In this document: positions 14,144 to 28,839 of the stretch, in pieces
Numbering within the stretch: the first letter of the stretch is position 1
Layout of the letters: the number at the start of each line of letters is the position of its first letter
Source of the DNA: Octopus vulgaris
Taxonomy: Eukaryota
NCBI GenBank assembly: GCA_951406725.2
Contig: OX597836.1
Coordinates: 32,798,001 to 32,862,000 of the forward strand
DNA: 64,000 nt
Direction of reading: 5' to 3'
Notes under the pieces: generated by a model
What the model saw: only the letters and a program-made list of their open reading frames with translations
What the model was told of the DNA's origin: nothing
Database searches by the model: none
Translations under genes and position numbers: made by a program

Positions 14144-14383
14144 ATGTATACATGTATGTACATATACATACATATATATATATACATATGTATATATACA
14201 TATATATATAAATTTATATACACACACATATATAACATATTTATACATACATATGTGTGTGTGTGTGTGTGTATACATGAATATGTATGTATATTTGTAT
14301 ATTTAATATATGTGTATGCATGTGTATGTATATGTATAAATATACATATCTCTATCTATCTATCAATCTATCTGTCTGTCTAT

Positions 14384-14441
<58 letters not shown>

Positions 14442-14529
14442 CACAAATATATGAACACACACAAATATATATTACATTATATAATCTTTTATCTGTATGT
14501 ATTTGTGTGTGGGTATATCTATCCATCCA

Positions 14530-14582
<53 letters not shown>

Positions 14583-14889
14583 TTGTGTGTGAATGTGTGT
14601 ATAAATTATATAATCAAACACTCACATAAACACACACTCACACACACACACACACATACTTCATCATCATCATCATTGTTTAACGTCCGCTTTCCATGCT
14701 GGCATGAGTTGGACGGTTCGACTAACAACCGACAAGCCAGATGGCTGCACCAGGCTCTCTAACCTGATATATACATGTATACTGATGACTATAGCTACAC
14801 ACGTGTGTGTGAATGCAAACGTGTTTATTTGTAAGACCATATAAATAGCTTCATTAAAAGTAGAACGAAACAAAACTAAAATTATTATA

Positions 14890-15302
14890 TACTCTTTTAC
14901 TCTTTTACTTGTTTCAATCATTTGCCTGCGGCCATGCTGGAGCACCGCCTTTAGTCAAGGAAATCGTCCCCCCAGGACTTATTCTTTGTAAGCCTAGTAC
15001 TTATTCTATCGGTCCCTTTTGCCGAACCGCTAAGTGACGGGGACATAAACACACCAGCATCGGTTGTCAAGCAATGCTAGAGGGACAAACACAGACACAC
15101 ACACACATACATACATACATATATATATATATACATATATACGACAGGCTTCTTTCAGTTTCCGTCTACCAAATCCACTCACAAGGCATTGGTCGGCCCG
15201 GGGCTATAGCAGAAAACACTTGCCCAAGATGCCACGCAGTGGGACTGAACCCGGAACCATGTGGTTGGTTAGCAGTACTTACCACACAGCCACTCCTGCG
15301 CC
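14890..15302 (-). mobile_element. Family A SINE
   Basis: Reverse complement of the family A sequence. Confidence 0.88.
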
Positions 15303-15668
15303 TATATATATATACTATTTCTTACAATTTTTGTTCTTTCTATATCCGACGAATAATTGCTGTGAATGGTCGGTCTGGTCCGGTCTTAGCTATTAGGGTC
15401 CAGCTATCTTCCTATCCTAAATTGGAAATGTTACCCTATGAAGGCAGACATTTTTCTTCCTTTTTTTTTTTCTTATTTTTGTTATTGTTATTCATTTATT
15501 AAATTATCCTGTTTTTAGGTAAAAAGATATGGATGGTTGCTTTAACTAATGATGGCTTAATCTCAGATCGTTTATGTATTTTTTTCAATTATGCTTTTTC
15601 TTAATTTTTTATTTATTTGTTCACTCATTTATTTATTTAATTTAATTATTTGCTTTTGTTTGTTTTTG

Positions 15669-15708
<40 letters not shown>

Positions 15709-15807
15709 TTTGTTTTTTCATTAGCAAAGTGGAACAGCGAGCTTGTATGTGGTTAATAAAGTAATAGAGCTTAAAAACATGCATGTGGAACGTGCATAAA
15801 GAAATAC

Positions 15808-15816
15808 ACACGCACG

Positions 15817-15891
<75 letters not shown>

Positions 15892-15904
15892 ACACAAACA
15901 CACA

Positions 15905-15989
<85 letters not shown>

Positions 15990-16006
15990 ACACACATACA
16001 CACACA

Positions 16007-16047
<41 letters not shown>

Positions 16048-16157
16048 ATACACACACACATACACACACACACACATACACACACACACACACACACATA
16101 CACATACACACACACACATACACACACACACACACACATACACACACACACAAACAC
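15808..16157. repeat. (CA)n microsatellite, about 350 bp
   Basis: Seen directly. Confidence 0.98.
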
Positions 16158-16528
16158 TAATGTACACGCCAAGAAACAAACAGACAAAATCATACAAAAG
16201 AACACCCACCCACCCCCGATGCATTCAGATAGGCCCGACAATTTTTGGTCGGTTAATTTGATTATGAAGCTAAAATAACTGCGAGATAATTTAGTTATTT
16301 CCAAGTTATTTAGTTATTTTCCTATACAGATTACACACTCTCTCACCACCCCACCCACCCACCCACACACACACACATAAACACGCACACACACACACAC
16401 ACGTATATACACACACGCCCACACATCAAAATATACATGCAAGTACGTACATATGCATGCAAGTGCGTGAATAATATCATTTGAATTATCAACTTTTTCC
16501 TTGCCATCATTCCTCTGTTTATCCCTCC

Positions 16529-16559
<31 letters not shown>

Positions 16560-17019
16560 TCTCTCTCTCTCACATACCTACTCATACTCTCTCTCTCTCT
16601 CTGACCATTCCTGCTTTGTCTTTTGTTCAGCTCTCTCACTTGCTCTCCCTCTCTCCCTCCCACTCTCCCTCTCAATCTCTCTCTCTCTCTCTCTCCCTCT
16701 CAATTTCTCTCTCGCTCTCTCTCTCTCACACACACACACTCCTTAATGCAGTACAATCAGACAATTAATCATTTATTGGCCATGAAAATTCTGATTTTTC
16801 TAAGCAGCCAGCAGAGTTGGTGCCAGTGAAAAGTTGTTATTTCTAATTTAGCTGTTGTTGCCTTTCCGACATAGCTAAAAATGTCACCAATACAGTTGTT
16901 TGTCTGTTATTGGTGTTGAAAATAATATTTGTTTCAAGTGCCAAGGCACCCAACGCAAATATATGTACTGGCAAATATATGTACTGTATGTTTAGGGCCT
17001 TTAACTATTTAGTGTTTAA

Positions 17020-17228
17020 CCCTTTCAATACCAACCCGGCTGAAACCACCTCTGGCTCTGAGTACAAATGTCTTGTTTTCATAAGTTTTGAATTAGAATC
17101 TTCCACCAAACCTTAGTCACAATTTATATTCCTAACATCAGCTTAATGATAAGTTATTTTACTAAATTCTTTTGAAATTAATTGAAAGAAACACAGAGCA
17201 TCTCAACAGAAATAAGGTAACAAAAGGG
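17020..17228. mobile_element. piggyBac-like MITE
   Basis: TTAA|cccttt ... aaaggg|TTAA; near-identical to 17382-17603. Confidence 0.75.
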
Positions 17229-17381
17229 TTAAAGATGAAGTAATATCAATGTTGTGTGGGTTTAAGAGGACATTTGTTCATAATGAAGTTTCTTTAGTGT
17301 CACTTGACTGCTAAAAATAGCAGCCAAATCTTTTGTAAACATTCTTGGCAATCATTAACTCTCTACCAGAGAACTATTTAA

Positions 17382-17603
17382 CCCTTTCAATACCAACCCG
17401 GCTGAAACCACATCTGGTTCTTTAGTACAAATGTCTTGTTTTCATAAGTTTTGAATTAAAATCTTTTGCCAAACCTTAGTCACAATTTATGTTCCTAACA
17501 CTAGCTTAATGAAAACTAAGTTATTTTACTAAATTCTTTGTTATATTTAAAATTAAATGAAAGAAATACAGAGCATGTCAAAATAAATACAATAACGAAA
17601 GGG
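17382..17603. mobile_element. piggyBac-like MITE, second copy
   Basis: TTAA|ccctttc ... gaaaggg|TTAA. Confidence 0.75.
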
Positions 17604-18160
17604 TTAAACCAGCTATATCTGGCCCAAATATTCTAACAGTATTATATTCTAATCAGCCATATCTTGTCTTTCACACCTATCCTACAATGTCATTCTAAAT
17701 ATAGAGTGCCTGTGTGGTAACAAGCTTGCTTCCCAACCACACTGTTCTGGATCCAATCCCACTGTGTAACATCTTGGGCAAGTGTCTTCTGCTATAGCCT
17801 TGGGCCAACCAAAGCCTTGTGAGTGGTTTTGGTAGACAGAAACTAAAAGAAGTCATATATATATATAGTAGAAGACACTTGCTCAAGGTGCCACACAGTG
17901 GGACTGAACCCAGAACCATGTGGTTGGTAAGCAAGCTACTTACCTCACAGCCATTCCTTCCTCCCTCTATCACTTGCCAACCAATGTTGGTGTGTTTACA
18001 TCCCTGTAACTTAGCGGTTTGGCAAAAGATACCGAAAGAATAAGTACTAAGCTTACAAAGAATAAGTCGTGGGGTTCATTTGTTCGATTAAAGGTGGTGC
18101 TCCAGCATAGCCACAGTCAAATGACTGAAGCAGGTAAAAGAATTAGAGAATATAGTGATG

Positions 18161-18192
<32 letters not shown>

Positions 18193-18232
18193 AATCCAAC
18201 CCATGCTAGCATGGAGAACGGACGTTAAACGA

Positions 18233-18275
<43 letters not shown>

Positions 18276-18304
18276 TAATAATAATAATGATAATGATGGT
18301 AATA

Positions 18305-18637
18305 ATATTTTAAAATGATTCCCATAACTCCTCACAAAGGTAAATAGACAATACAAAGCACACAATGTGATTGCAGTAGATATCTTATAGGTTTGAACAA
18401 TATTTCGACAGATTGCCCGTCTTTGTCTTTGTTGAGTCCAAAAACGAAAAGTGATACTTAGAAATTCGAAATTACAGAAATCCAGATTGAAGCATTTTTG
18501 AATTTGAAATTTTGTAATTTTGAATTTCTCTGTATCACTTTTCATTTTGAACTCGACAAAGACAGACAAGCTGTCGAAATATTGTTCAAACCAATAAAAT
18601 ACCTATTGCAAATACATTGCGCTCTTTGTATTGTCTA
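18305..18637. mobile_element. Foldback element (about 140-bp arms plus short tail) inserted in (TAA)n
   Basis: 18345-18637 is an imperfect palindrome from tagacaatacaaag to ctttgtattgtcta; TAA repeats on both sides. Confidence 0.75.
18546..18590 (+). ncRNA. Degenerate minimal type I hammerhead inside foldback element
   Basis: TTTGAAC tcgacaaa GACAG acaag CTGTC GAAA TA TT GTTCAAA, followed by AATAAA. Perfect stems I and II, altered CUGANGA box. Confidence 0.55.
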
Positions 18638-19741
18638 ATAATAATAATAATCCATGGATTGAATCTGTAATTATTATTGTTATGATTATCATTACTATAT
18701 TTATCCTACATTATATCAGCACAGCTTGGTGCAACACCAAAAAACTGGTATAGGTAGTTGGTATTACTAGGCTGTAACCGGCATGATAAAGTAGGACCTT
18801 TTACATGTATATTCAAAAACATATCCCATAAATGAACTTAAAGGATACATACATACATACATATATATATGTGTGGAGGGGTAATGGCCCAGTGGTTAGG
18901 GCAGCAGACTCGTGGTCGGAGGATCGCGGTTTCGATTCCTAGACCAGGCATTGTGTGTGTTTATTGAGCGAAAATAACTAAAGCTCCATGAGGCTCTTTA
19001 AGGGGTGGTGGCGACCCCTTCTGTACTCTTTCGCCCCAACTTTCTCTCACTCTTTCTTCCTGTTTCTTGAGTAACGCTGTGATGGACTGGCATCTCATCC
19101 AGCTGGGTGACACACATATGCCATAGAAACCAGGAAACCGGGCCTATGAGCCTGGCTAGTCTTGAAAAGAGCGCATAAATAAATAAATACATAAATAAAT
19201 ATATAAATTTTGATAGATAGATAGATAGACAGACACACAGACAGACAGATACATAGACAGCTATGTACACCCACACATATTTGACACGCTTCCTAGTATT
19301 TTGGTTTAATAATTTCATTCACAATGCATTCCTTACTTCAGGTTTATAAAAGATGGGACTGAACCAAAAAGCACATGGTAGTAAAGTGAACTTCTAAGGG
19401 TTCCTTAAAGAAGAATATTTTAATTGGACAGTTAGATTGGACTAATAAAGATGTATTGTGTTCAACACGTCTACATCGTTTATATATATATATATATGTA
19501 TATGCATAAATAGAGTTAGCAGTTGTAGTAACTGACAAACGGATATTTTATCCGTATATACTATCAGTATCCATTACCTGTGTTAATCCCAGGCAATGGT
19601 GTTCAGGGACACCATGCATGTCAAATGCAGGTAACAACAGAATAAACAAAAGTTTATCAGGAACCAATGCAAATAATTAGAAAATGGAGAAAAATTTTTT
19701 TCTCCATTTTCTAATTATTTGCATTATATATATATATATAT

Positions 19742-20125
19742 AGGCGCAGGAGTGGCTGTATGGTAAGTAGCTTGCTAACCAACCACATGGTTCCGGGTTC
19801 AGTCCCACTGCATGGCATCTTGGGCAAGTGTCTTCTGCTATAGCCTCGGGCCGACCAATGCCTTGTGAGTGGATTTGGTAGCCGGAAACTGAAAGAAGCC
19901 TGTCGTATATATGTATATATATGTGTGTGTGTCTGTGTTTGTCCCCCTAGCATTGCTTGACAACCGATGATGGTGTGTTTACGTACCCGTCACTTAGCGG
20001 TTCGGCAAAAAGAAACCGATAGAATAAGTACTGGGCTTACAAAGAATAAGTCCCGGGGTCGATTTGCTCGGCTAAAGGCGGTGCTCCAGCATGGCCGCAG
20101 TCAAATGACTGAAGCAAGTAAAAGA
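19742..20125 (+). mobile_element. Full-length tRNA-derived CORE-type SINE (family A, octopus OR-like) with internal microsatellite
   Basis: A box tggctgtatggt, B box ggttcagtcc, CORE-like cttgggcaagtg, tail gtaaaaga. Many copies: 3062-3450, 30586-30985 and 38470-38888 on +; 12520-12900, 14890-15302, 21185-21560, 26145-26655 and 53730-54362 on -. Confidence 0.88.
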
Positions 20126-20314
20126 AAAGTATATATATAAAGCTGAGTTTGTTGGGATATATTATCCAGACAGATACTGTATTAGTTCTCAGTTAATAGC
20201 TAACCACAAAGGTCAGTATCTGACAACTGTGATGACATTTAGTCGTTAGTTATTCCATGAGTTCTTCCAATACAAATTTTCTTCAATCAGTTCACTTTGA
20301 GGATGATCAAAGAG

Positions 20315-20403
20315 ATGGACCCTGATGAAGATTCACCTACAATACTGCAAGGTTGCATTTGAAACAGTGAGTAGTCTCGGCAGGGGAAACATGTGTAGGT
20401 CAT
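20315..20403 (+). ncRNA. Type I hammerhead motif with intact core
   Basis: GACC CTGATGA ... GAAA CATGTG TA GGTC. 4-bp stem I and near-palindromic stem III; stem II closure is poor. Confidence 0.55.
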
Positions 20404-20460
20404 AATAATATGCTGTTTATAACTATAAAATAAATTTTGTGGACGTACAAGTCTCTATAC

Positions 20461-20975
20461 TCCAAGCCGATTGAAATCGTAGTCATAGCTGATGCTAATG
20501 TCATGTAACTGCCACCCATGCTGGTGGCACGTAAAGAGCACCTTTCAAGCATTAGGCCTCACGGAAGCAAAGCGGCTGAGTTCCTTTCAAGCATTGGGCT
20601 TCACAGAGGCAAAGTGGTTGAGTTCCTTTCGAGTGTTGGGCCTCACAGAGGCAAAGTGACTGAGTTCCTTCTGAATGTTAGGCCTCATAGAGGCAATGAC
20701 CGAGACCTTTGGCATTATGTTGTGCTTGAGGAGATCCATCAAGCCAAGTGAAATCGTAGTCATAGCAGATACTAGTGTCACGCAAATGGTGCCTATGCCA
20801 GTGGCACATAAAAGCACCCATTATACTCTCAGAGGGTTGGCATTAGGAAGGGCATCCAGCCATAGAAAACGATGCCTAATCAGACTGGAGTATGGTGCAG
20901 CCTTCCAGCTTACTAGCCTTAGTCTAACCATCCAATCCATGCCATCATGAACAACAGACTTTAAATAATGATGAT
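20461..20975 (+). mobile_element. RTE-tail repeat with (ATG)n tail and internal approximately 39-bp tandem array
   Basis: ggcattaggaagggcatccagc...atgatgatg; four gagttcctt..ggcctcac.gaggcaa units. Relatives at 12902-13125, 25880-26100, 31498-31910, 39735-39950 and 54405-54585. Confidence 0.7.
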
Positions 20976-21729
20976 GACAATAATTAATATATATATATAC
21001 AGAGAGAGAGAGAGAGAAATAGGTAGGTAGATAGATAGATAGATTTGTGTGCTTTTCTGTGTGTTTGCCCCACCATTAATGCTTGATACTCAATGTTGAT
21101 TTATTCAACTAAAATCCTTCAGAGTGGTGCCACAGCATGGCCACAGTGCAATGATTGAGACAGGTAAAGGATATGCTCCTCCTTATCTTTTATCTTATAC
21201 CTGTGGCCATGCTGGGGCACCACCTTGAAGGGCTTTAGTTGAACAAATCAACCTCAGGACTTACTATTATTATTTTTTAAACCTGGTGTTTATTCCATCA
21301 TTATCTTTTGCCAAACTACTAAGCTGCTGGGATGTAAACACAACAACACTGGTTGTCAAGCGATGTCGAGGGACAAACACATACACATGTAAACATGTGA
21401 TGGGCTTCTTTCAGTTTCTATCTGCCAAATCCACTCACAAAGCTTTGGTCGGCAAGAAGCTATTATAGAAGACACTTGCCCAAGGTGCCATGCAATGGGA
21501 CTGAAACCTCAAACCATATGATTAGGAAGTCATCTTATTACCACACAGCCATGCTTGCACCTCTCTTTAAAATCATTTGTAATAATTTTTGAAAAAAATA
21601 ACAAAGGCAAACAGCAAAGGACAGAAATAGCCTGGAGAAGGTATCCTGACAACAATTAAACCAAAATAAGAAAAGAATAATAAGGTTACACCTTGTAGCT
21701 AATTCAATATGCATTTGATTCTTGGATTG

Positions 21730-22100
21730 TTACCTTTGCCTCAGAGAATATGGAGGTATTGTTTTCAGTTGTATTTGTTTGTTGGTTGGTTTGTCCATGG
21801 ACAAGATATCTCAAGAACCACAGAATGGATTTGGATGAAACTTTCAGGGATGTTTGTCCTCATAACTGGCACAAACTGATTAGATTTTGGGATCAATCCG
21901 TTTCCAGACAATGATTCTGGATTATTTTTCCTGTCGTATTACATCATTTTCGAGAATGGTCAGGTTCCTTTTTAGTACTCCCATTTGTGAGAGCAGTCAA
22001 TTTTATTTCAGATGTTCTCATTTTAAAAATAACCTCCAGCTAATCGTTGAGAGTACGTTGGTGTTGCCTTGGCAGAGGTTTGTACTCTCTGAGTGCTCTT
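21730..22100 (+). mobile_element. Helentron/HINE-like non-autonomous element
   Basis: ttacctttgcc..ggaggta start; cttggcagaggt subterminal IR and tactctctgagtgc hairpin at the end; homologous to 62042-62620. Confidence 0.6.
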
Positions 22101-23659
22101 GTTTCATCATGAATTCTGTTGCTTTCATGGCTAAAAGAATCCTTCTTAATTTTCTCTGTTTTTATATTATTGTTTCATTATTGTAATTTGTATTTCTATC
22201 CTTACAAATGTTGTCATTATTATTTTTATTATTAATGTAGTTACTAGGGTGACAATCTGGCAGAATCATTAGCACACCAGGGAAAATGCTTAGCAGTATT
22301 TCATCTGTCATAATGTTCTGAGTTCAAATTCTGCCAAGGTTGACTTTACCTTTCATCCTTTCTTGGTCAATTAATTAAGTACCAGTTGAACACAGGGGTC
22401 AGTATAAACGACTCATCCCATCTCCCTAACCTGCTGCCCTTGTGGCAAAATTTGAAACCATTATTATTATTATTATTATTAGTAGTAGTAGTAGTAGTAG
22501 TAGTAGCAGTAGTAGTAGTAAAAATTAAAAAAACTGACAATAACTTTACATTCTGATTCAGTAACTTATTTTACACACACACACACATGCTTATATAACA
22601 TTTATTCATACATACATACATGTATATATAAATACATACACCTACACACACACACACATGCTTACAGACATATACTCACATGTGCACACACACATGTACA
22701 TACATACGCACGCTCACTCATAGATCTTGCATTTTCGCTTCGAGGCTTTTGATGGAATATCTTAAATTGCCTATTTGATCTAGGATGGTATCAAATTCAT
22801 TTCAAAATGCCACTCAGGCTGAAATCAATAACCCCTTCGTTTGTCTTCTCTGACACCTGTTGGGAAAAAAGAAGAACATATATATATACATATATACATC
22901 TGTTTTATGAGAGGCTAAATACTAAACTAACGATGACCAATATTCTTCTATTTATTCCTTTCACTTTACTTTTGTTCGTTTGATTTAATTTCATTACATT
23001 TCGATAGTTATCATTTTGTATTTGCTCATAACCACACATATATACAGACATATATGCACTCACATACACATATATATGTATGGGTGTATGAATATATAAA
23101 TGTATACATGTGTGTGTGTATATATATATATATAATATGGGTGTATAATGTATATATATTTGTGTGTGTATATACATACGTATTTATCATGAAAGATATA
23201 TAAGAGATATGTATATATGATAAAATATATATTTACTTATTGCTTATCAAACAGGGCAGTTTACATTTGCTAAACTTACAAAAAATAAGTAAAAAAAAAT
23301 CTGATATTTTTAAAAAATCGTACTTGCATTTTCAGTAAAAAATATATATATACAAATTCATACATAAACTGACGTAAAAAAAACACACAAACAGCATAAA
23401 AAATTGTGTGTATGATGATGATGACAATAATGGCGATGATCTATATTTGTATGAACTATGTATATGAGTATCTATGCATGCATGTATACATACATGCATA
23501 CAAACAGAAGCATGCTCATATTTACACACACACATATACATATATGGGTATATAAATATATATATATGCATATATATATACCCATATACATGCTTATCAT
23601 ACACATATATAAAATACGTGTAAGTATATGTATATTATGTACATATGGGTATACATGTT

Positions 23660-23702
<43 letters not shown>

Positions 23703-23890
23703 TTCTCAGAAAAAAAAAACTAATCATCCAGATTGCTATTTCAGATATTCATTCCATTCGGACCACTTATCTGTGTAAATCATGACAATTCAATTACGCG
23801 TTGAATTGGAGAGCCTTATGCATGCATGTGTGTGCATGCATATCTACATCTGTATACATACATGCATATACATACATACATACAAATATA

Positions 23891-23949
<59 letters not shown>

Positions 23950-24136
23950 GAAGAACATATATACATACATATAAACATATAAAGATATATATATATAGAC
24001 AGATATCCATATAAAGAGATATGTACATGTTTGTATATATATATATACATACACATGTGTGTGTGTCTGTATGTATGTATATATATATATATATACATAT
24101 ATACATATATATATTGTGTGTATGCATATATATATA

Positions 24137-24251
<115 letters not shown>

Positions 24252-24448
24252 GTTCATTAGAGTCTTTTTGTTTTATGTTGAATTATCATAAGTCATCATA
24301 GTGCTTGAGCTGTAGCAGGTTGTATTTTACTAAGATTCTCAGTAGTTTATTTAGCTCTCTACATACCTACATACACACGAACGCACACACCTATGTACAC
24401 AAATATATACACATATATACATACATACATACTTACATATATACACAT

Positions 24449-24485
<37 letters not shown>

Positions 24486-24511
24486 CACATGCATACATAT
24501 ATATATATATG

Positions 24512-24543
<32 letters not shown>

Positions 24544-24576
24544 TGTATGTATATATATATATATATGTGTGTGTAT

Positions 24577-24608
<32 letters not shown>

Positions 24609-25336
24609 TATGATTATTAAAGTGCAAATGATACATTTCTGAGAAGAAAAAAAGTCTGTTACACTGTGGAAAAAGTATGGTAAAAGTGTCTGAATAATAG
24701 GAGGAGAGAGAGAGAAAGATAGAGGGAGAAGGAGGAAAGGATGGAGAGAGAGAAATTCAAACAAACATGGCTGGTACATATACACACTACACACACACGC
24801 ACTCACAGAAATATGAATATTGCTACTGCACACACACACATGCATACACACTCACACGCACATAGATAACAATTAGCTGTGTGTTTGTATATGTTCATAT
24901 ATGAGTGAGTTGCAGGGTTGTGTATATGTATACATGCCACTAGCATTTGTATGCATGTGAGCGTGCGTACTCGTGCAAGTGCCAATGGCATTCGTTTGAC
25001 TCTGTAGCTCATTGTTTACCTGGCATTTTAAAGAATGAGTTTTACAGCATATTATTGGTGAGAACATTGAACTCCTATCCCTCTATACTATTATCTAGCT
25101 ATTAAGATAAGTCTGCATGTGTGTGTCATGGGTACTGCCATAAGTGCAGAAATGAAATTTGCGTTGTTGACCAAGGGCTAAAATTTTTTAAAAAAAACAA
25201 GATCAAATATTTCATTCTTAAAATTGAAGCAAAGACAGATATTCTTTTATTCTTATATTTATTTCAGTCATTTGACTGTGGCCATGCTGGAGCACCACCT
25301 TTAAAAATTAACTATACAGGTTAATTTTTACCTGCT

Positions 25337-25377
25337 AATTCAATATTTTGGGGTTAAGGACCCTTCTTCAGGAAATT
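25337..25377 (-). ncRNA. Degenerate minimal hammerhead at 3' end of Penelope-like fragment
   Basis: Minus: AATTTC CTGAAGA aGGGT cctta ACCC c aAAA TA TT GAATT. The two deviations are explainable as CpG transitions. Confidence 0.55.
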
Positions 25378-25379
25378 TA

Positions 25380-25800
25380 CAGTGAAAAAGTTTTTATAGC
25401 TGATGTCTGCTTTACAGTCTTTGTGCATGAAGGGTTTTATTGTGTTGCTATCATATCCAGTCAGCTGCATGCAATTCAGGTCTATTATTAACACACAGGC
25501 TAGATATTTTTAATTAGAATCATTTCTTTTATCCTCTAGTTCCCAATGTTTCTTTCAGTGGCGTTAATGGAAGCTTGTATGTCTTGATTGTAACATTTCT
25601 GTAATTGGTTTTTGATGGAAAAAGGCATCAGCATAGAGATATACGTTAACTCATGTGTGAAATTGTCTAACGTTAATTCTCATGTAGAATTAATTATATT
25701 TACTACATGTGGCTTAATACACCACATAGGATCACAGATATGTATTTTTATCTTGAGCAGGCAGTTGGGCAATGCAGATATGGTGTTGTTTTGTCTTCAC
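25380..25800 (-). mobile_element. Decayed Penelope-like element, C-terminal endonuclease region
   Basis: Minus-strand remnants QLQKCYNQDIQAS and KHWELEDKRNDSN*KYLA resemble PLE GIY-YIG C-terminal motifs (FKxRYNNHxxSF, KHIWELKD); a hammerhead motif lies directly downstream. Confidence 0.45.
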
Positions 25801-26360
25801 TGTTCTTGGTTAGAATTCTCATGAAATAACCCCTCACCACCTAACACAATACTACTCCACACTCATTTCAGGAGTTTTATCTAGCAAGTTACTGGGTGAT
25901 CCCTCTGGTGCTGGTGCCAAGTGAAAAGCAGCCAGTACATTCTGTAAAGTGGTTAGCATTAAGAAAGGCATCCAGCCATAGAAACCATGCCAAAATAATA
26001 GACAGTAGAGCTTGGTGCTGTCATCTGTCTTGCTAGCTCCTGTCAAACCTATCTAACCAATACCATTATTAAAAACAGGGATTAAATGATGATGATGATG
26101 ATGACGACGACGACGACTACGACGAGGATGATGATATTCGTTTACTTTTGTTCTTTTAATTGTTTCAGCTATTTGGCTTTGGCCATGCTGGAGCAACACC
26201 TTTAATTGAACATATCAAGCCCAGGACTTATTCTTTATAAGCCTGGTGCTTATTCTGTTGGTCTTGTTTGCTGAACTGCTAAGTTACAGGGATGTAATCA
26301 CACCAACATTGGTTGTTAAGTGGTGTTGGTGGGACAAACTCATACATACATATATACATA

Positions 26361-26424
<64 letters not shown>

Positions 26425-26750
26425 TTGATGAACCAACTAATGTGCTTCTCCATTTTCTTATTTGCTATATATATATATATATATATATACAACAAGCTTC
26501 TTTCAGTTTCCATCTACCAAATCCACTCACAAGGTTTTGGTTGGCCTGAGGCTGTAGTAGAAGACACTTGCCCAAAGTGCTATGCAGTGGGACTGAACCC
26601 AGAACCATGTGTTTGGGAAGCAAGCTTCTAACCACTCCAGCCACTCCTGCGCCTACATACAAATTTTTTCTAATAATTGTAATATCACGAAGGAGATAAA
26701 TGTCATACAAACCATTTACAACATTGTTAAACTTAATTAATAGGTACATG

Positions 26751-26827
<77 letters not shown>

Positions 26828-26981
26828 CGCACAAACAGCCTCTGACAATTGGAATGCAGATAAATGATCGTATCATGAACAGCTATTAAAACTCTTACTG
26901 ATTGTCTTCAGGACTGTCAACTATAATTCCTTCTCAGTCACTAGTTTTATAGTTAATTCTCAACACAACTGTTTCATTATA

Positions 26982-27472
<491 letters not shown>

Positions 27473-28744
27473 TTTCTTTTTTTCTTTTTGTCTGTTTTGT
27501 TCCTGCCAGAAAAACACACCATCTTGCTCTGAAATACTTCTACAATTAACTAAGCATTCGAAATTTTGTACATTCATCGCGATAGTGTACTTTAGTTCTA
27601 ATTCAAAACAGTCTGGATTCGCTTGTGAATATATCTGTCTTATGTAGTTTGTATGTAAGTCTTCACCAATTTAATCTCACTCCGATTTTTTTGTCACTTT
27701 TTGGTGCCAAGAAGTCCAAAATCCATATTTATCACAGCAAGGCAGGAATTTCCCTTGAAAATATAAACCTGATAATTCCCTCTATACTATTATTATTAAT
27801 GCCATTTCTTTGCATTCTTGTTTATTAAATCAGATACAAGTTTTACAACATATTTTCCCAAAAGAAATGGATTTTCTCATTCCTCTTCTCCTTCTTCCAG
27901 TTGTTCTTGTTCTCTTCTTCTTCTTCTTCTTCTTCTTCTTCTTCTTCTTCTTCTTCTTCTTCTTCTTCTTCTTCTTCTTCTTCTTCTTCTTCTTCTTCTT
28001 CTTCTTCTTCTCCTTCTCGACCCTCTTCTGCACTCTTCCTCTGCTGCTCCTCCTCCTCCTCCTCCTCTTTCTTCCTCTTTTTGTTGTTCTTTTCCTTCTT
28101 TCTACTTACTCTTCTTTCTTCTGCTTCTTCTTCTCCTACATGCCTTCCTCTCCTCCTACTCTTCCTCCTCCTATTTCTCCTCCTCCTCCTTCACCTCCTC
28201 CTCCCTCTCCTCCCCCTCCTCCTACTACTACTACTCATTTTCCCACCACATCCCCTTCCCCTCCCCTTTCTCCTTTACCCCTCCTCCTCCTCCTCCTCCT
28301 CCTCCTCCTTCTTCTTCTTCTTCTTCTTCTTCTTCTTCTTCTTCTTCTTCTTCTTCTTCCATTATGAATCTTTGAAAATAGACAACTATGGAAATAATTT
28401 TTATCCCATCTTCATTTTTGCATTTTTCTTTTGTTAATTCTTTTTTTTTTTTTGTTTTTTTCTTTTTTTTTTTGTTCTTTCTGTTTCCTCCCCAAGAGTA
28501 ATCAGGGCAGGCAGAAATAGATGTCGGAGGCAAATATCGAGTTCGTTCTATGATTTATCATTCAAGAGGCCAAAGACTGTTGACAGCTAGGTATTGTGGC
28601 TAACTAAACATGAATGTGGCTGCGAGGCCATTAAGTTAGTGTTAATACAGAAATGCGTGTAGAAATATATTAGTATACATGTGTATACATATACATACAT
28701 ATGTATATGTGCATATGCACACATACATATATGGGTATATATAC

Positions 28745-28839
<95 letters not shown>

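Noticed and set aside
14781-14880. CTGATGA with downstream CGAAAC
   Set aside because: No stems I-III or NUH triplet in the right register.
20540-20700. Regularly spaced approximately 39-bp repeats resembling a CRISPR array
   Set aside because: Contiguous tandem units without unique spacers, inside a eukaryotic retroposon, with no cas genes.
22718-22856. Minus-strand acceptor (ttcttttttcccaacag) and possible gtgagc donor
   Set aside because: All three frames contain stops; at most a non-coding exon, unsupported without RNA data.
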